NCBI GenBank assembly: GCA_963613175.1
Contig: CAVDXX010000002.1
Location: 19,005 to 83,004 of the forward strand
Origin: a bacterium
GTDB taxonomy: Bacteria > Patescibacteriota > Saccharimonadia > Saccharimonadales > Saccharimonadaceae
Reading direction: 5' to 3'
Length of the DNA: 64,000 bases
Position numbers and translations under genes: made by a program
The notes under the pieces: model-generated
What the model was told of the DNA's origin: nothing
The model's database searches: none
What the model saw: the letters and a program-made list of their open reading frames with translations, nothing else
Part shown: positions 45,488-55,598 of the stretch, one piece after another
Position numbering within the stretch: position 1 is the first letter of the stretch
Layout of the letters: each line of letters begins with the position of its first letter

Positions 45488-48433
45488 ATGGAAAGTGTCA
45501 TACATTTTATTTTAATGCCGATATTCTGGATTCCGGTGGTGGGGGTGTTGGCGTTTTTGACTTATCGAAATTATAAGAAATTAAACCGTCTAAAAGTATT
45601 GAATGTAGATTCGGTGCTTTTGATGCTTGAAATTCCGCGCGAAAATGATAAAAAAGAGTTGGCGGCGGAGCAGCTATTTGCCTCCTTACACGGAATCTTA
45701 CGTGACCGACAAGAATTAAGGAACTCTGGTGGAGTTCAAGAACATCTTTCGCTCGAAATTGTCTCGACTGCAGGACAAATTCGCTTTTACGTTTGGGTGC
45801 CAAAAATTTTACAGAATTTTGTCGAAGGACAGATTTATTCACAATATCCGAAGGTGCAAATTTACAAAATGAATGAGGATTATGTCGATAGCCGAACGAA
45901 ATATCCGATAAATTATCTAGCCGAGTTGGGGCTAACAGAGAACGAGGTATTGCCGATTAAAACTTTTGATACATTCGAGGTTGATCCGTTAGCGGGGATT
46001 ACGGGGACGTTGGCAAAGCTTAGCCCTGAGCGAAATGAGGAGCTTTGGATCCAAATTCTCGCACGACCAATTCCGGACGATTGGCACAAAAATACCACTG
46101 ATAAATGGGTCCGAAAGATAAAGTCAGGAAGACGCAATTTTATTGGTGGACTAGGGATCGATTGGACGTGGTTGGTCGAGGCGTTGGCGGCGCTTTTCCG
46201 ACCTCCGGCGGGCGGGACGAATTCTGAGGTAAAAGTTGAGCTTTCGGAGCGCGCAAAAACTCAGATTGCAAAAGCCGAGGAAAAGGCGACGAAGCTCGGC
46301 TACGAGGTAAAGATTCGCTTAGCTTATCTTGGGCAAAATGAAACTGATGCAAAACTGAACATGCAGGCGCTAGTTGGGACTTTTAAGCAATATAATTCGA
46401 CAAATTTAAACGGTTTTCGGCAGTTGGGTGGGACTTTTAATGCTGATGACCTTGATGCTTATAAAATGCGCCAATTTACCAGCCGTGGTTTCATCTTAAA
46501 CATTTCGGAATTGGCTTCGGTTTATCATCTGCCTCATACCTCGGTTGAGACGCCAAATATCGTTTGGGCGACCTCGAAAACGGCGGAGCCTCCAGCAAAA
46601 TTACCGGTGATAACAGGGGCGGTAGAAGAAGATAAAAATATCTCGGCGTTTGGATTAACGAATTTTCGGGGAATAAATCATCAATTTGGTCTTTTGCGTC
46701 GCGACCGTTCCCGACACGTCTATGTCATCGGTCAAACAGGGGCGGGGAAGAGTGGATTGCTTGAACTTTTGGCATTGTCGGATATTTTCTACAACCAGGG
46801 ATACTGTATTGTCGATCCGCATGGCGATTTTGCAATTGATAATCTCAGGTTTGTCCCTGAATCGCGAATCCGGGACGTGGTATATTTTAACCCCGCAGAT
46901 ACGGCCTTTCCGGTTGCTTTTAATCCGCTTGAAGTAACTGATCCAGCGAAAAAACCGAATGTTTGTTCGGAAGTGATTGGAGTGTTAAAACGGATGTTCG
47001 GTGATTCTTGGGGACCACGGCTCGAACATATTCTGCGTTATACCCTGTTAGCCTTGCTTGACCGTCCAGAAACAACACTTTTGGACATTTCGAGACTCTT
47101 GACGGATAAGGATTTTCGCAAAGAAACGTTGGATTATTGTAAAGATGTGACAGTTTTACAGTTCTGGAAACACGAATTTGGACAATGGAATGACAAGCAG
47201 GTTAACGAATCAATCGCGCCGGTGTTAAATAAGGTTGGGGCGTTCACGGCGAATCCAATCGTTCGCAATATCATCGGTCAATCAAAATCATCGTTTGATA
47301 TCCGAAAGATTATGGATGAAGGGAAAATTTTGGTTGTGAACCTATCTAAGGGAATGATCGGGGAAGATAACGCAGCGATTCTCGGGGCGTTTATCGTGAC
47401 GAAAGTTCAGCTCGCAGCAATGAGTCGATCGGATATTCCAAATGCAGCAGATAGACGACCGTTTTACCTCTATGTAGACGAGTTTCAGAATTTTGCAACG
47501 GACTCTTTCGCGGTGATTTTGTCAGAGGCGCGAAAATACGGCCTAAATCTCACTGTGGCGAACCAATACGTCGCCCAGATGACCGATAGCGTTCGCGATG
47601 CGGTGTTCGGCAACGTCGGGACGACGATTTCGTTCCGAGTTTCACCAGAGGATGCACCGGTATTAATAAAACAATTCGAGCCGACTTTCGATGAGGCGGA
47701 CATCATCCAGCTAAACAACCGTAATTTTGTGGTTTCAATGATTATCAACGGGGAAAAAGTACCGGCATTTTCAGCAAGAACTTTGTCGATTCCGAAGACT
47801 CCGGCCGATAATTTTGATGCCATTGTCGCCCATTCACGCGAATATTATGCCCGTCCGCGCCGAGAGGTCGAGGCGGAAATCGAAGAAACGATTACGCAAT
47901 CTGAGAAATACAAACGTGAACTAGCGGATTCGGGGCGCCAAGAGCCAAGATTAGTGATTTCGAGCAATAATTCGTCTCAACAGGTGTCAACCACACAAAA
48001 AAGCCTTAAGGAACGTAAAATTAGCCCAAATACCATAGAGGGTCGCGAAAGTCCGGGCCTGAAGGATTTAGCAAGGCTTGTTGCCGAATCGCAGGCTAAA
48101 ACGCCTCAGAAGGCCTCTCAGGCGCCTCAGAATGGTGATTCTAAGACATCCACTGCCGATGATACTCAAAAAACTGACGTTAAAGCGAAAAAAGGGAAGA
48201 AAAAGAAGAAAAAAGCTAAGAAAACAGCAAAAACAGAGGATGCTTCTTCCCCGACCCCTGTTATCAAGTCTGCTACCCCTGTTGAAAAACCGATTACCCC
48301 TGTTGCGAAGCACGCTACCCCCGTTAATAAGTCGTCGACCCCTAAAAACTCGGCGTCAACCTTAAAAATCGAAAAACACCATCATGCGGCAAAAGATAAT
48401 TCGATTGACGGATTTTTAGCGATAAAACATTAG
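45488..48433 (+). CDS. Membrane-anchored P-loop ATPase, TraD/VirD4 (type IV coupling protein)-like, with disordered repeat tail
   Basis: N-terminal TM segment. Walker A GQTGAGKSG. Walker B-like LYVDEFQNF. C-terminal Lys-rich run and xTPVxK repeats. Confidence 0.6.
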   Translation: MESVIHFILMPIFWIPVVGVLAFLTYRNYKKLNRLKVLNVDSVLLMLEIPRENDKKELAAEQLFASLHGILRDRQELRNSGGVQEHLSLEIVSTAGQIRFYVWVPKILQNFVEGQIYSQYPKVQIYKMNEDYVDSRTKYPINYLAELGLTENEVLPIKTFDTFEVDPLAGITGTLAKLSPERNEELWIQILARPIPDDWHKNTTDKWVRKIKSGRRNFIGGLGIDWTWLVEALAALFRPPAGGTNSEVKVELSERAKTQIAKAEEKATKLGYEVKIRLAYLGQNETDAKLNMQALVGTFKQYNSTNLNGFRQLGGTFNADDLDAYKMRQFTSRGFILNISELASVYHLPHTSVETPNIVWATSKTAEPPAKLPVITGAVEEDKNISAFGLTNFRGINHQFGLLRRDRSRHVYVIGQTGAGKSGLLELLALSDIFYNQGYCIVDPHGDFAIDNLRFVPESRIRDVVYFNPADTAFPVAFNPLEVTDPAKKPNVCSEVIGVLKRMFGDSWGPRLEHILRYTLLALLDRPETTLLDISRLLTDKDFRKETLDYCKDVTVLQFWKHEFGQWNDKQVNESIAPVLNKVGAFTANPIVRNIIGQSKSSFDIRKIMDEGKILVVNLSKGMIGEDNAAILGAFIVTKVQLAAMSRSDIPNAADRRPFYLYVDEFQNFATDSFAVILSEARKYGLNLTVANQYVAQMTDSVRDAVFGNVGTTISFRVSPEDAPVLIKQFEPTFDEADIIQLNNRNFVVSMIINGEKVPAFSARTLSIPKTPADNFDAIVAHSREYYARPRREVEAEIEETITQSEKYKRELADSGRQEPRLVISSNNSSQQVSTTQKSLKERKISPNTIEGRESPGLKDLARLVAESQAKTPQKASQAPQNGDSKTSTADDTQKTDVKAKKGKKKKKKAKKTAKTEDASSPTPVIKSATPVEKPITPVAKHATPVNKSSTPKNSASTLKIEKHHHAAKDNSIDGFLAIKH

Positions 48434-48577
48434 ACATCGGAACAAGAGAAACAGAACTTGGAGAAATGGTGGATTTTGATGGACGAAAAATCGGCTGAGC
48501 GACGAATGCTTGGATGGTGATTTTTATATATCCTTAATGTCGCACAATATAGATTTTAAGACATTACGGTTATGTTT

Positions 48578-48604
48578 AAAAGACGACCAAGTTATCGTCT
48601 TTTA
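48578..48604 (+). terminator. Intrinsic terminator after the ATPase gene
   Basis: Stem aaagacga / tcgtcttt with an 8-nt loop and a T-run. Confidence 0.65.
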
Positions 48605-48718
48605 GGGGGCTAAAGTTGCAAAAAGCGAGAGAGAACCGTAAGGACTATGTTTTTGAAAATATTTTTAATACTCACAAAGGCTTCGCTCGCGGACGTTTTT
48701 TCGTTTGTTTTGATGATC

Positions 48719-48882
48719 GTCCTAAAAGGTTTCACTGGCGGACAATCTCGCCAGCCAAAGAAAAATTCGAGGAGCCTAGTCAAGACGAGCAAGGGCCCGT
48801 CCCCCGACGCAGTCCTGATTAGGCGACGAGGATTTTTCTTTGCGCGCAGTCGAGAACGTCCGCCGGTAAAATCTTTTAGGGC
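48719..48882. repeat. 25-bp imperfect inverted repeat with ~115-nt GC-rich spacer
   Basis: gtcctaaaaggtttcactggcggac (48719-48743) against gtccgccggtaaaatcttttagggc (48858-48882): 21/25 complementary. Confidence 0.7.
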
Positions 48883-49209
48883 CATCTTGAGAAAACATTT
48901 TTAGACGTTTTAACGTGATCGTCCTTGAGCTTTGACGATTTTTGGGCGTTTTTGGTGGATTTTTCGGTTTTTCGGGTGTTTTTTTAAATTTGACTTTTTC
49001 CCCTTTTTATTTCCCTATTTCCTTTTTTCCCCTGTTGGCTGCCATTATTTTTTATTTTATGTTTGTTTTTGTATTAGGACGTTTCCGAACAAAAACCGAA
49101 CAGAAGCAGAGAAGAAAAGAGAAGTAGCGTTTTAGAGGTCAACAGGGGCAAATTTCCCGTTTTTAGGGATCATCTTTCTATTATCCTTGAGACAAACAGA
49201 GGTAACTCC

Positions 49210-49887
49210 CTATTTCCAGAAAGCTTTGCCTTCGATACGAACGTCGATATAGGTGAATTCGGTCGTTCCCTGTCCGGCGAGATAGCGGAGCATACGATCA
49301 GCGTCTTCAGCCGAGACTGCCGAGCCCCGGTCGATGGTGGTCTTGATAAAACCAGGGTAGCCTTCGAGGTAAAAATCTACTTCACGAATAGAGCCAGAGG
49401 GGACAACGGCCTTTGTCGGCTTATAACCAAGATCACGAAAATCTTGCTCGATTTGACCGATGTAGGATTTCATGCGCTTCGTAATATCTTCGCCAGTAGC
49501 GGCATCCTCGTCGACAATTTCAATCGTCGGATCGGCGGTCGTAGTGGATTCGGAAGCCACATTGACAGGTGTCGGTTCGCCATTACCCACAAATAGAAAA
49601 CCGATAAAGACCAATACGATCACAAACAAAGTAAAGCCAAAAATAGTGAAAGTTACGCGGCGCGCATGGCGTTTTTTGTCTTTTTTTCGAGCGGCATTAC
49701 GTTCGTTTTTGGTTTCGAGTTTTTCGCGTTTTTCGCCGATGGTGCGTCCCATCTTGAAGGCTGAATTGTAATTTTGACGCCTACGAACTAATTCAGGCGG
49801 CTTCTGCGTGATTTCAGGAGAAGAAACCGACTCTCGGGATATTGAATTGCGATTTTTTTTCTTCTTACCGAAAAGCTTTTTCCCCAC
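49210..49887 (-). CDS. FtsQ/DivIB-like single-pass membrane protein
   Basis: Last gene of the dcw block. TM segment. C-terminal ...FTYIDVRIEGKAFWK resembles the FtsQ C-terminus. Confidence 0.45.
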   Translation of the reverse strand: MGKKLFGKKKKNRNSISRESVSSPEITQKPPELVRRRQNYNSAFKMGRTIGEKREKLETKNERNAARKKDKKRHARRVTFTIFGFTLFVIVLVFIGFLFVGNGEPTPVNVASESTTTADPTIEIVDEDAATGEDITKRMKSYIGQIEQDFRDLGYKPTKAVVPSGSIREVDFYLEGYPGFIKTTIDRGSAVSAEDADRMLRYLAGQGTTEFTYIDVRIEGKAFWK

Positions 49888-49890
49888 CGT

Positions 49891-51117
49891 TTAAGCCTCC
49901 TCGAGAATGATTTTAGCCAAATGTTCGGCGGCATGGGCGTGCGCCTCCTTATGTAGACGATCTGCCATATCGGCACGCAAACGAGGAGACCTAACGAGAT
50001 GACGAACGACTTCAAGCAATCTTGTTGGATCTTCTACTACTTTCATGTCGCCAATTACCTCAGCAGCGCCAATTTCCTGCAAACGAACGGCATTTTTCTC
50101 TTGGTGACCGCCGGGAAGACGCTCAAACGGAACTAAAACCGTCGCTTTTTTCAATGCGGCCATCTCGGCGATGGTGGTCGCGCCGGCACGCGAAATAATG
50201 ACGTCGGCAGCACCCATCAGTTCATTCATGGCTGTATTGAATTCCCAGAGGCGGAAATTCGATTCTAGATTGGCTTTCTTCCAATTTTCGTACTTTTTCA
50301 GATCGACCATATCTTCGTAGTGCTTACGTCCTGCCACTAAGCCAACAGAGGTAAATTTCAGAAGTTCCGGTAAAATTTGACGGGTGGCTTCGTTTAAATT
50401 CTCGGAACCTTGTGAGCCACCGGTAACTACGACTAAAGGTTTTTCAGGATTAAACGAAAGAGCTTTTTTAAGTGAAATTTGTTTAGTCGGGCTGATAGAC
50501 TTAAACTCGGGACTGACCGGAATTCCAGTGTAGACGTAATTCGGGTGTTTTGCCAGAACTTCGTCCGACAAGGGCATCCCGAAGGCAACTTTTTTAGCTT
50601 TTTTCATCAAAATACGGTTCGCCAAACCCGCAACAACATCGGATTCGTGAATTATATACGGAATCTTGAAAAGACGCGCAACTAAACCAACCGGTAAGGA
50701 AACATAGCCACCTTTCAGAAAAATCACGTTCGGACGATGCCTTTTTTGTAAAAGTCGGAAAAAGCTAGTGAAAAGTCCCGTCAAAAAACCACAAAAACCG
50801 CAAATATTGCCAAAAATCAGGTCTTTTAGCGTGATGTCGAAATGAACAAAATAGTCCTTAAAGTGCCAGTTTGAGTAACGATGAAACTTTCCTGCGGGCA
50901 GGCGTCGGACACGAATATAAGTAGTTTTTTTCTGACGGGCAGCTTCGCCCCAAGCCACGCCGATTTCGGTGGTGAGTTTGGTGACGTTTTTATGATATTT
51001 CGGATCGGTCCAAAATTCAACCTCGGCACGCGGTTTTTGCTCTAAAATTTCACGAACTACGGCGACGGCTGGAGTGATATGCCCCCCGGACCCCCCGCCG
51101 ATTACTAATATTTTCAT
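49891..51117 (-). CDS. murG: UDP-GlcNAc:lipid I N-acetylglucosaminyltransferase
   Basis: ILVIGGGSGGHITPAVAV, VVTGGSQGS, ISRAGATTIAE. Confidence 0.9.
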   Translation of the reverse strand: MKILVIGGGSGGHITPAVAVVREILEQKPRAEVEFWTDPKYHKNVTKLTTEIGVAWGEAARQKKTTYIRVRRLPAGKFHRYSNWHFKDYFVHFDITLKDLIFGNICGFCGFLTGLFTSFFRLLQKRHRPNVIFLKGGYVSLPVGLVARLFKIPYIIHESDVVAGLANRILMKKAKKVAFGMPLSDEVLAKHPNYVYTGIPVSPEFKSISPTKQISLKKALSFNPEKPLVVVTGGSQGSENLNEATRQILPELLKFTSVGLVAGRKHYEDMVDLKKYENWKKANLESNFRLWEFNTAMNELMGAADVIISRAGATTIAEMAALKKATVLVPFERLPGGHQEKNAVRLQEIGAAEVIGDMKVVEDPTRLLEVVRHLVRSPRLRADMADRLHKEAHAHAAEHLAKIILEEA

Positions 51118-52282
51118 TTTCAGTTGATACCTCTCTACTAGTATAACACGAAAGTTGCAAAACGAGACCTAAAGCGAAGGCGACAAAGATCATGCTAGTG
51201 CCGCCATAAGAGAGAAGCGGGAGAGTGATCCCGGTTACTGGAACCAATCCGGTCATCGCCATAATATTGACTACAACCTGAGCGAGAATCCAAGAAAACA
51301 CGCCAATAACAATGAAGCGATTTTCTGTATCAGGGGTGTATTCGGCGACTTTTAACATTCTGAGAAGAAGTGCGGCGAAAATAGCGATAATTGCGAAAAG
51401 TCCAACAAAACCGAAAGTTTCACCCATGATTGCGAAAACTGAGTCGTTGATCGATTCGGGGAGGTAGCCGGTGGCCTGGACAGAATTACCGATACCGACG
51501 CCGAAAAAGCCACCAACACCGATAGCGAGCATAGCATTGTCGACATGATAAGTCGAATCGGAACTTTCCCCGCCAGTTAAAGTCGTAATCCAAGCGTCGA
51601 CTCGTTCCATACGGTGGCCAGAGAGCGCTAGCGCGCCACCAGCAACTAGCACAATTGCTAGAAAAATCAAATATTTGCGCATTGAAACCCCTGAAACAAG
51701 AAGCGTGCCGAGGATAATAGCGATCAGTGAAACACCGGTACCGAGGTCACCCTGAGCGACAATGACGAGAAAGAGTGAAATGCCACAAACAATCAGAAAC
51801 GGCGGCCAAAACTCTCTTAAATTGTCGATTTGCCCCGCCTCTTTTTTACGAACAAGAAAGTCGGCGAGATAAATCACTAGCGCAAGTTTTAAGAGTTCGG
51901 CAGGCTGAAAGCTGACTGCACCGAGATTAAACCAACGGCATTCGCCAAGCTCACATTTGACGAGGCTAGATTGAGCGAGCGAAAGAATCCAAAGCAAGGC
52001 AGAAAGTGCAATAGCGATAATCATCAATGGTTTGGCGACCTTTTTGATGTACTTATATGGGATCCACTTAAAAGCTGCAAAAAAAGCCAGTAGTGCTAGT
52101 CCAACCGAACGAAGTTGACCCCAGAAAAAGTAATTTGAATCGTAATTTGAACCATAAGTACTGTTTAAAACATTCGCGCGCATTGGTCCGATAGCATAAA
52201 TGACAATAAGCCCCAACGCCATTAAGCCGAGTGTAACGAATAAAATCACCAGATCGGATTTATGTTTGCGAATAGTGGACAT
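51050..52282 (-). CDS. ftsW: SEDS-family peptidoglycan polymerase FtsW/RodA
   Basis: 10 TM segments. FQPAELLKL, GDLGT, PVTGITLPLLSYGGTS. Confidence 0.88.
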   Translation of the reverse strand: MSTIRKHKSDLVILFVTLGLMALGLIVIYAIGPMRANVLNSTYGSNYDSNYFFWGQLRSVGLALLAFFAAFKWIPYKYIKKVAKPLMIIAIALSALLWILSLAQSSLVKCELGECRWFNLGAVSFQPAELLKLALVIYLADFLVRKKEAGQIDNLREFWPPFLIVCGISLFLVIVAQGDLGTGVSLIAIILGTLLVSGVSMRKYLIFLAIVLVAGGALALSGHRMERVDAWITTLTGGESSDSTYHVDNAMLAIGVGGFFGVGIGNSVQATGYLPESINDSVFAIMGETFGFVGLFAIIAIFAALLLRMLKVAEYTPDTENRFIVIGVFSWILAQVVVNIMAMTGLVPVTGITLPLLSYGGTSMIFVAFALGLVLQLSCYTSREVSTENENISNRRGVRGAYHSSRRRSS

Positions 52283-53305
52283 TTAAATCGCACCTCCAGT
52301 AGCGGCGAGAAAAACGCCAACAATTGCGCAAACTCCGGCAATAATCCAAAAACGCATCACGATTTTGGATTCGCCCCAGCCGATAGCTTCGAGATGATGA
52401 TGGATCGGAGCGGAAATGAATAATTTGTGTCCGAAAACTTTTTTCCAGAAAAGTTGTAAGAGACTCGAGCCAGCTTCGACCACGAATGGCAAACCAATAA
52501 TCGGTAAAAGCAAGAACGAGTTAGTCATCATCGAAATGACACCAAGCCCAGCGCCGAGGGCGAAAGAGCCGGTATCCCCCATCATAAAACGAGCGGGCGG
52601 AACATTGAACCAGATGTAACTTAAAAGCCAGCCGACGACCGTAAGACAAAAACCAAAAAGCAAAATGTTGCCTTGGAAAAGGGCGATCACACCATAAGCG
52701 CCATAGGCCATCATTGCGAGACCACCAGAGAGACCATCGAGGCCGTCGGAGATATTGACGGCGTTCGAAGTTGCAACCACAGCAAAGGCAAAAATTAACA
52801 TCATACCGACAACTCCAACTTCAAAATTACCAAAAAACGGCACCAACATCGTCGTCCAGCCGAGTTTTACCGTGAAAAACCAGCCGAGTAACAAACCGAC
52901 AGCAGAAATCAAGAAGAACTTCGTCGGACCACGCAAGCCAGCTGCACCGCGACCAGAACCAAAGATATTAATCACATCGTCAATAACCCCGACTAATGCT
53001 CCACCGAGAAAACCAGCCAGCGGCAACCAAGTTTGGCCCCGATCAAGATTAAAAATCCAAGTGACCGCCGTGACCGCGACCACACCAATCAGGCCGGCCA
53101 TAGTCGGAAAAACGTGTTTGAATTTATGCGCATGAAGTTTACGCATCACTGGCAATTCCTTGCCGTCAACTGTAGTGGTTTTCTGTTTTTTCCAGAACTT
53201 ATATTTGTAGGCAAAGTGCGTATAGAATGGCGTTAATGCCATCGAAAATAGAAAGCCCGCAAGAGCTAATAAAAGTCCGTGAAATACTTCGTCGCTGATT
53301 GTCAT
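52283..53305 (-). CDS. mraY: Phospho-MurNAc-pentapeptide translocase
   Basis: NAVNISDGLDGL, MGDTGSFALG, PIHHHLE. Confidence 0.92.
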   Translation of the reverse strand: MTISDEVFHGLLLALAGFLFSMALTPFYTHFAYKYKFWKKQKTTTVDGKELPVMRKLHAHKFKHVFPTMAGLIGVVAVTAVTWIFNLDRGQTWLPLAGFLGGALVGVIDDVINIFGSGRGAAGLRGPTKFFLISAVGLLLGWFFTVKLGWTTMLVPFFGNFEVGVVGMMLIFAFAVVATSNAVNISDGLDGLSGGLAMMAYGAYGVIALFQGNILLFGFCLTVVGWLLSYIWFNVPPARFMMGDTGSFALGAGLGVISMMTNSFLLLPIIGLPFVVEAGSSLLQLFWKKVFGHKLFISAPIHHHLEAIGWGESKIVMRFWIIAGVCAIVGVFLAATGGAI

Positions 53306-53309
53306 TATC

Positions 53310-55082
53310 TTATGCTCCTGGTTTAATTTTTAGATAATCGATGAGGTAATTGGAGAGGTCATCGAAAAGGCTCATTGCGTCACCACTGCCGATGCTTTGT
53401 CCCTCTCCCCACATTTTAACCATTATAACATACTTTGGCATTTCCCCGCTCGGTCCGACGAAGCCAATATACGAACCGACGAGTTGGCTAAAAGTATCAT
53501 CATAGGCGCCGTTAACAACAACCTGCGCGGTACCAGATTTACCACCGATAGCATAACCGGCACGATCGATGCCGGCGCGTGCTTTGTAATTACGGTTATA
53601 AATCAACATTTCACGCATTGAAGCGGATGTTTCATCAGAGAGAATTTTGTCTTCGACCTTGTTATTTTCGGAACTTTCGGACGCGCTTTCATTAGTGACT
53701 AATTCCCCGTTTTCCATTACGCCCTTGACGATGGTAGGAGTGCGCCAAGTTCCACCGTTAACTACTGCTGAAAAAGCTGCAGCGGTTTGAATCATGGTAA
53801 TACCGAGGTTCTGGCCGAAAGTCATGTTCGCATAAGTCGAATCACGACCCCAGCCCTCGTTCGGGTCTTCGATATAGCCTTCAGCCTCGATCAATTCAAT
53901 ACCCGTAGCTTGCCCAAGTCGAAACTTGTCGTGATAATAATTGTAGAGTTTTTCGCGCCCCTGTTGGGTAATTTCTGTAGTGCTACCCCCAAGTAGACGC
54001 AAAGCTTGAATTGAACCGGTGTTAAGCGACCAATAAAGTGCGGTTTTCATATTGATCGTGCCGTAAAGAGAACTGCGCTTTTCGGCATTTTCGATTTTCC
54101 AACCATCAACCGTAGTGTAATGCTCGTTGAAATAAGTCGTATCGGCAGTCATAACACCTTCGTTAATGGCGGCGGAAAAAGCAAAACTTTTACAGATTGA
54201 GGCTGGCTCGTAAGGTACCTCGGTCGTATAATTAGTAAAAGCCGAGGCGTCTGCCACCTTGCTGTAATCAGATGGATCATAGTTCGGAAGATTTGCCATC
54301 GCGACTACTTCTCCGGTGTTCGCATTCATAATTAGAGCCGAAGCATTCGTTGCGGCGGTAGAGTTGATTGCGTTTTGCGCAAGTTCTTCAACACCTTGTT
54401 CAAGGCTGCGGTCGACAGAGAGGACGACATTTTCGCCGTCTTGAGCAGGAATTTTAACATTATCATCGCCGATACTGAGCGCAACTTTGTTGACATCGGC
54501 AGTGGCTTTAATCAAGCCATCTTCACCAGCAAGTTGCTTGTTTAGAGAACCTTCGACGCCGTATTGACCAATCCCGTCATTATTAACAAATCCGAGCAGA
54601 CCAGAGGCAAGTGTACCTTCGGGATAAACGCGTTGGTTGGTCTTTTTTAGCCAGACTGCCGGCGTGCCAGAATCGGCAATTTCTTCGGCGACTTTACGCG
54701 GAACATTTTTCGCCACGATCGAATAACGCAGCCCCTCTGTTGCGTAAACTTCGTCGATATCTGCGGCTACGTACTCTTTAGCATAAGTATCAAGAACTTG
54801 CTTAATATCTTCTTTTTTGGTGACGGTCGGGTCAATGACAATCTGATAAGTAGTTTGGTTTAAAACCACCGCAACTGGTTCGCCGTGATCCATCATATAA
54901 ATTTCACCTCGCCTAGCAGTAATAGTTTCAAGAATTGTATGCTGCTCGTCGGCTTTGGCGGTCCATTGATCATGTTCGATGATTTGAATGAAAAAAAGTC
55001 GCACCAAGATAATTCCTAGGGCGACCAAAATAATAATGCGAAGAATTTTTACCCGTTGGCGAAAAAGACTACTCTGTAGCAT
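53310..55082 (-). CDS. Class B penicillin-binding protein (FtsI-like)
   Basis: N-terminal TM segment plus dimerisation domain. Transpeptidase-type ASICKSF (SxxK-like) and GKSGTA (KTG-like). Confidence 0.82.
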   Translation of the reverse strand: MLQSSLFRQRVKILRIIILVALGIILVRLFFIQIIEHDQWTAKADEQHTILETITARRGEIYMMDHGEPVAVVLNQTTYQIVIDPTVTKKEDIKQVLDTYAKEYVAADIDEVYATEGLRYSIVAKNVPRKVAEEIADSGTPAVWLKKTNQRVYPEGTLASGLLGFVNNDGIGQYGVEGSLNKQLAGEDGLIKATADVNKVALSIGDDNVKIPAQDGENVVLSVDRSLEQGVEELAQNAINSTAATNASALIMNANTGEVVAMANLPNYDPSDYSKVADASAFTNYTTEVPYEPASICKSFAFSAAINEGVMTADTTYFNEHYTTVDGWKIENAEKRSSLYGTINMKTALYWSLNTGSIQALRLLGGSTTEITQQGREKLYNYYHDKFRLGQATGIELIEAEGYIEDPNEGWGRDSTYANMTFGQNLGITMIQTAAAFSAVVNGGTWRTPTIVKGVMENGELVTNESASESSENNKVEDKILSDETSASMREMLIYNRNYKARAGIDRAGYAIGGKSGTAQVVVNGAYDDTFSQLVGSYIGFVGPSGEMPKYVIMVKMWGEGQSIGSGDAMSLFDDLSNYLIDYLKIKPGA

Positions 55083-55419
55083 AGCCCGTCACCGTAGCGT
55101 CTTCCATTGAAGCAGCAACAGTACTGTTTTTTGTTGCGGCGATAGAGGTCAGACGCGCTTTCTCTACTGCGAGGTCATCTTTTTCGGCAGTCATTTCAGT
55201 AATTTCCGATTCGACAGAAGAAAGTTCATAATCAAAACTTGTAGCTTTGGTCCCTTCGGCAACATAAATTAAGCCGAAAACTAAGGTCAACATGCCGACA
55301 ATGACGATTTGAGAAATTGATCCGAGGCCACGCTTAGTATGGCGAACGGTGTTACGATTACGGGCGAAACCGTTGCTAGTCGCTCCTGCACGTCTTGATA
55401 CATAAGTTTGATTTGGCAT
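55069..55419 (-). CDS. FtsL-like small bitopic protein (TM + coiled coil)
   Basis: Position between rsmH and ftsI. TM segment IVIVGMLTLVFGLIYV followed by a heptad-like segment. Confidence 0.5.
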   Translation of the reverse strand: MPNQTYVSRRAGATSNGFARNRNTVRHTKRGLGSISQIVIVGMLTLVFGLIYVAEGTKATSFDYELSSVESEITEMTAEKDDLAVEKARLTSIAATKNSTVAASMEDATVTGYATE

Positions 55420-55598
55420 GTTTGTTTTCCTCGCTGATGTTTTTTAATATTCATTTTTGTTTTTCTTAGTCCGGGGCCTTTACGGTCAGAGCTATAAGTA
55501 AACCGTAAAGGTTAGTCCCGGGAAGGTCATACACTTCACACTCTCTGTGAAAAACTCTTTTTGGTAGGCTTTAACAGCCCATGTATATTATGATGTTA

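Noticed and set aside
48533-48570. Palindrome ttaatgtc...gacattac, considered as a dif (XerCD) site because it lies between convergent genes.
   Set aside because: Alignment by eye to the E. coli and Firmicutes dif consensus (…ATAA-N6-TTATGTTAAAT) is poor.
48616-49135. Several 60-90-aa ORFs in the long intergenic region.
   Set aside because: They overlap one another in different frames and are low-complexity (F/G/R/K runs derived from T-tracts and palindromes). None has a start signal. The region is treated as noncoding.
48598-49170. Whether the reiterated TTTTAGGG-like motifs form a CRISPR array or DnaA-box cluster.
   Set aside because: The spacing is irregular, the copies are short (7-9 nt) and lie in both orientations, so this is not a CRISPR array. 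The motif does not resemble TTATCCACA-type DnaA boxes. It is kept only as part of the intergenic-region finding.
51050-51117. 68-nt overlap between the ftsW 3' end and the murG 5' end, considered as a possible frameshift.
   Set aside because: Both ORFs are full-length, with intact N- and C-terminal motifs. The overlap only adds a basic tail to FtsW and is plausible in a compact genome.
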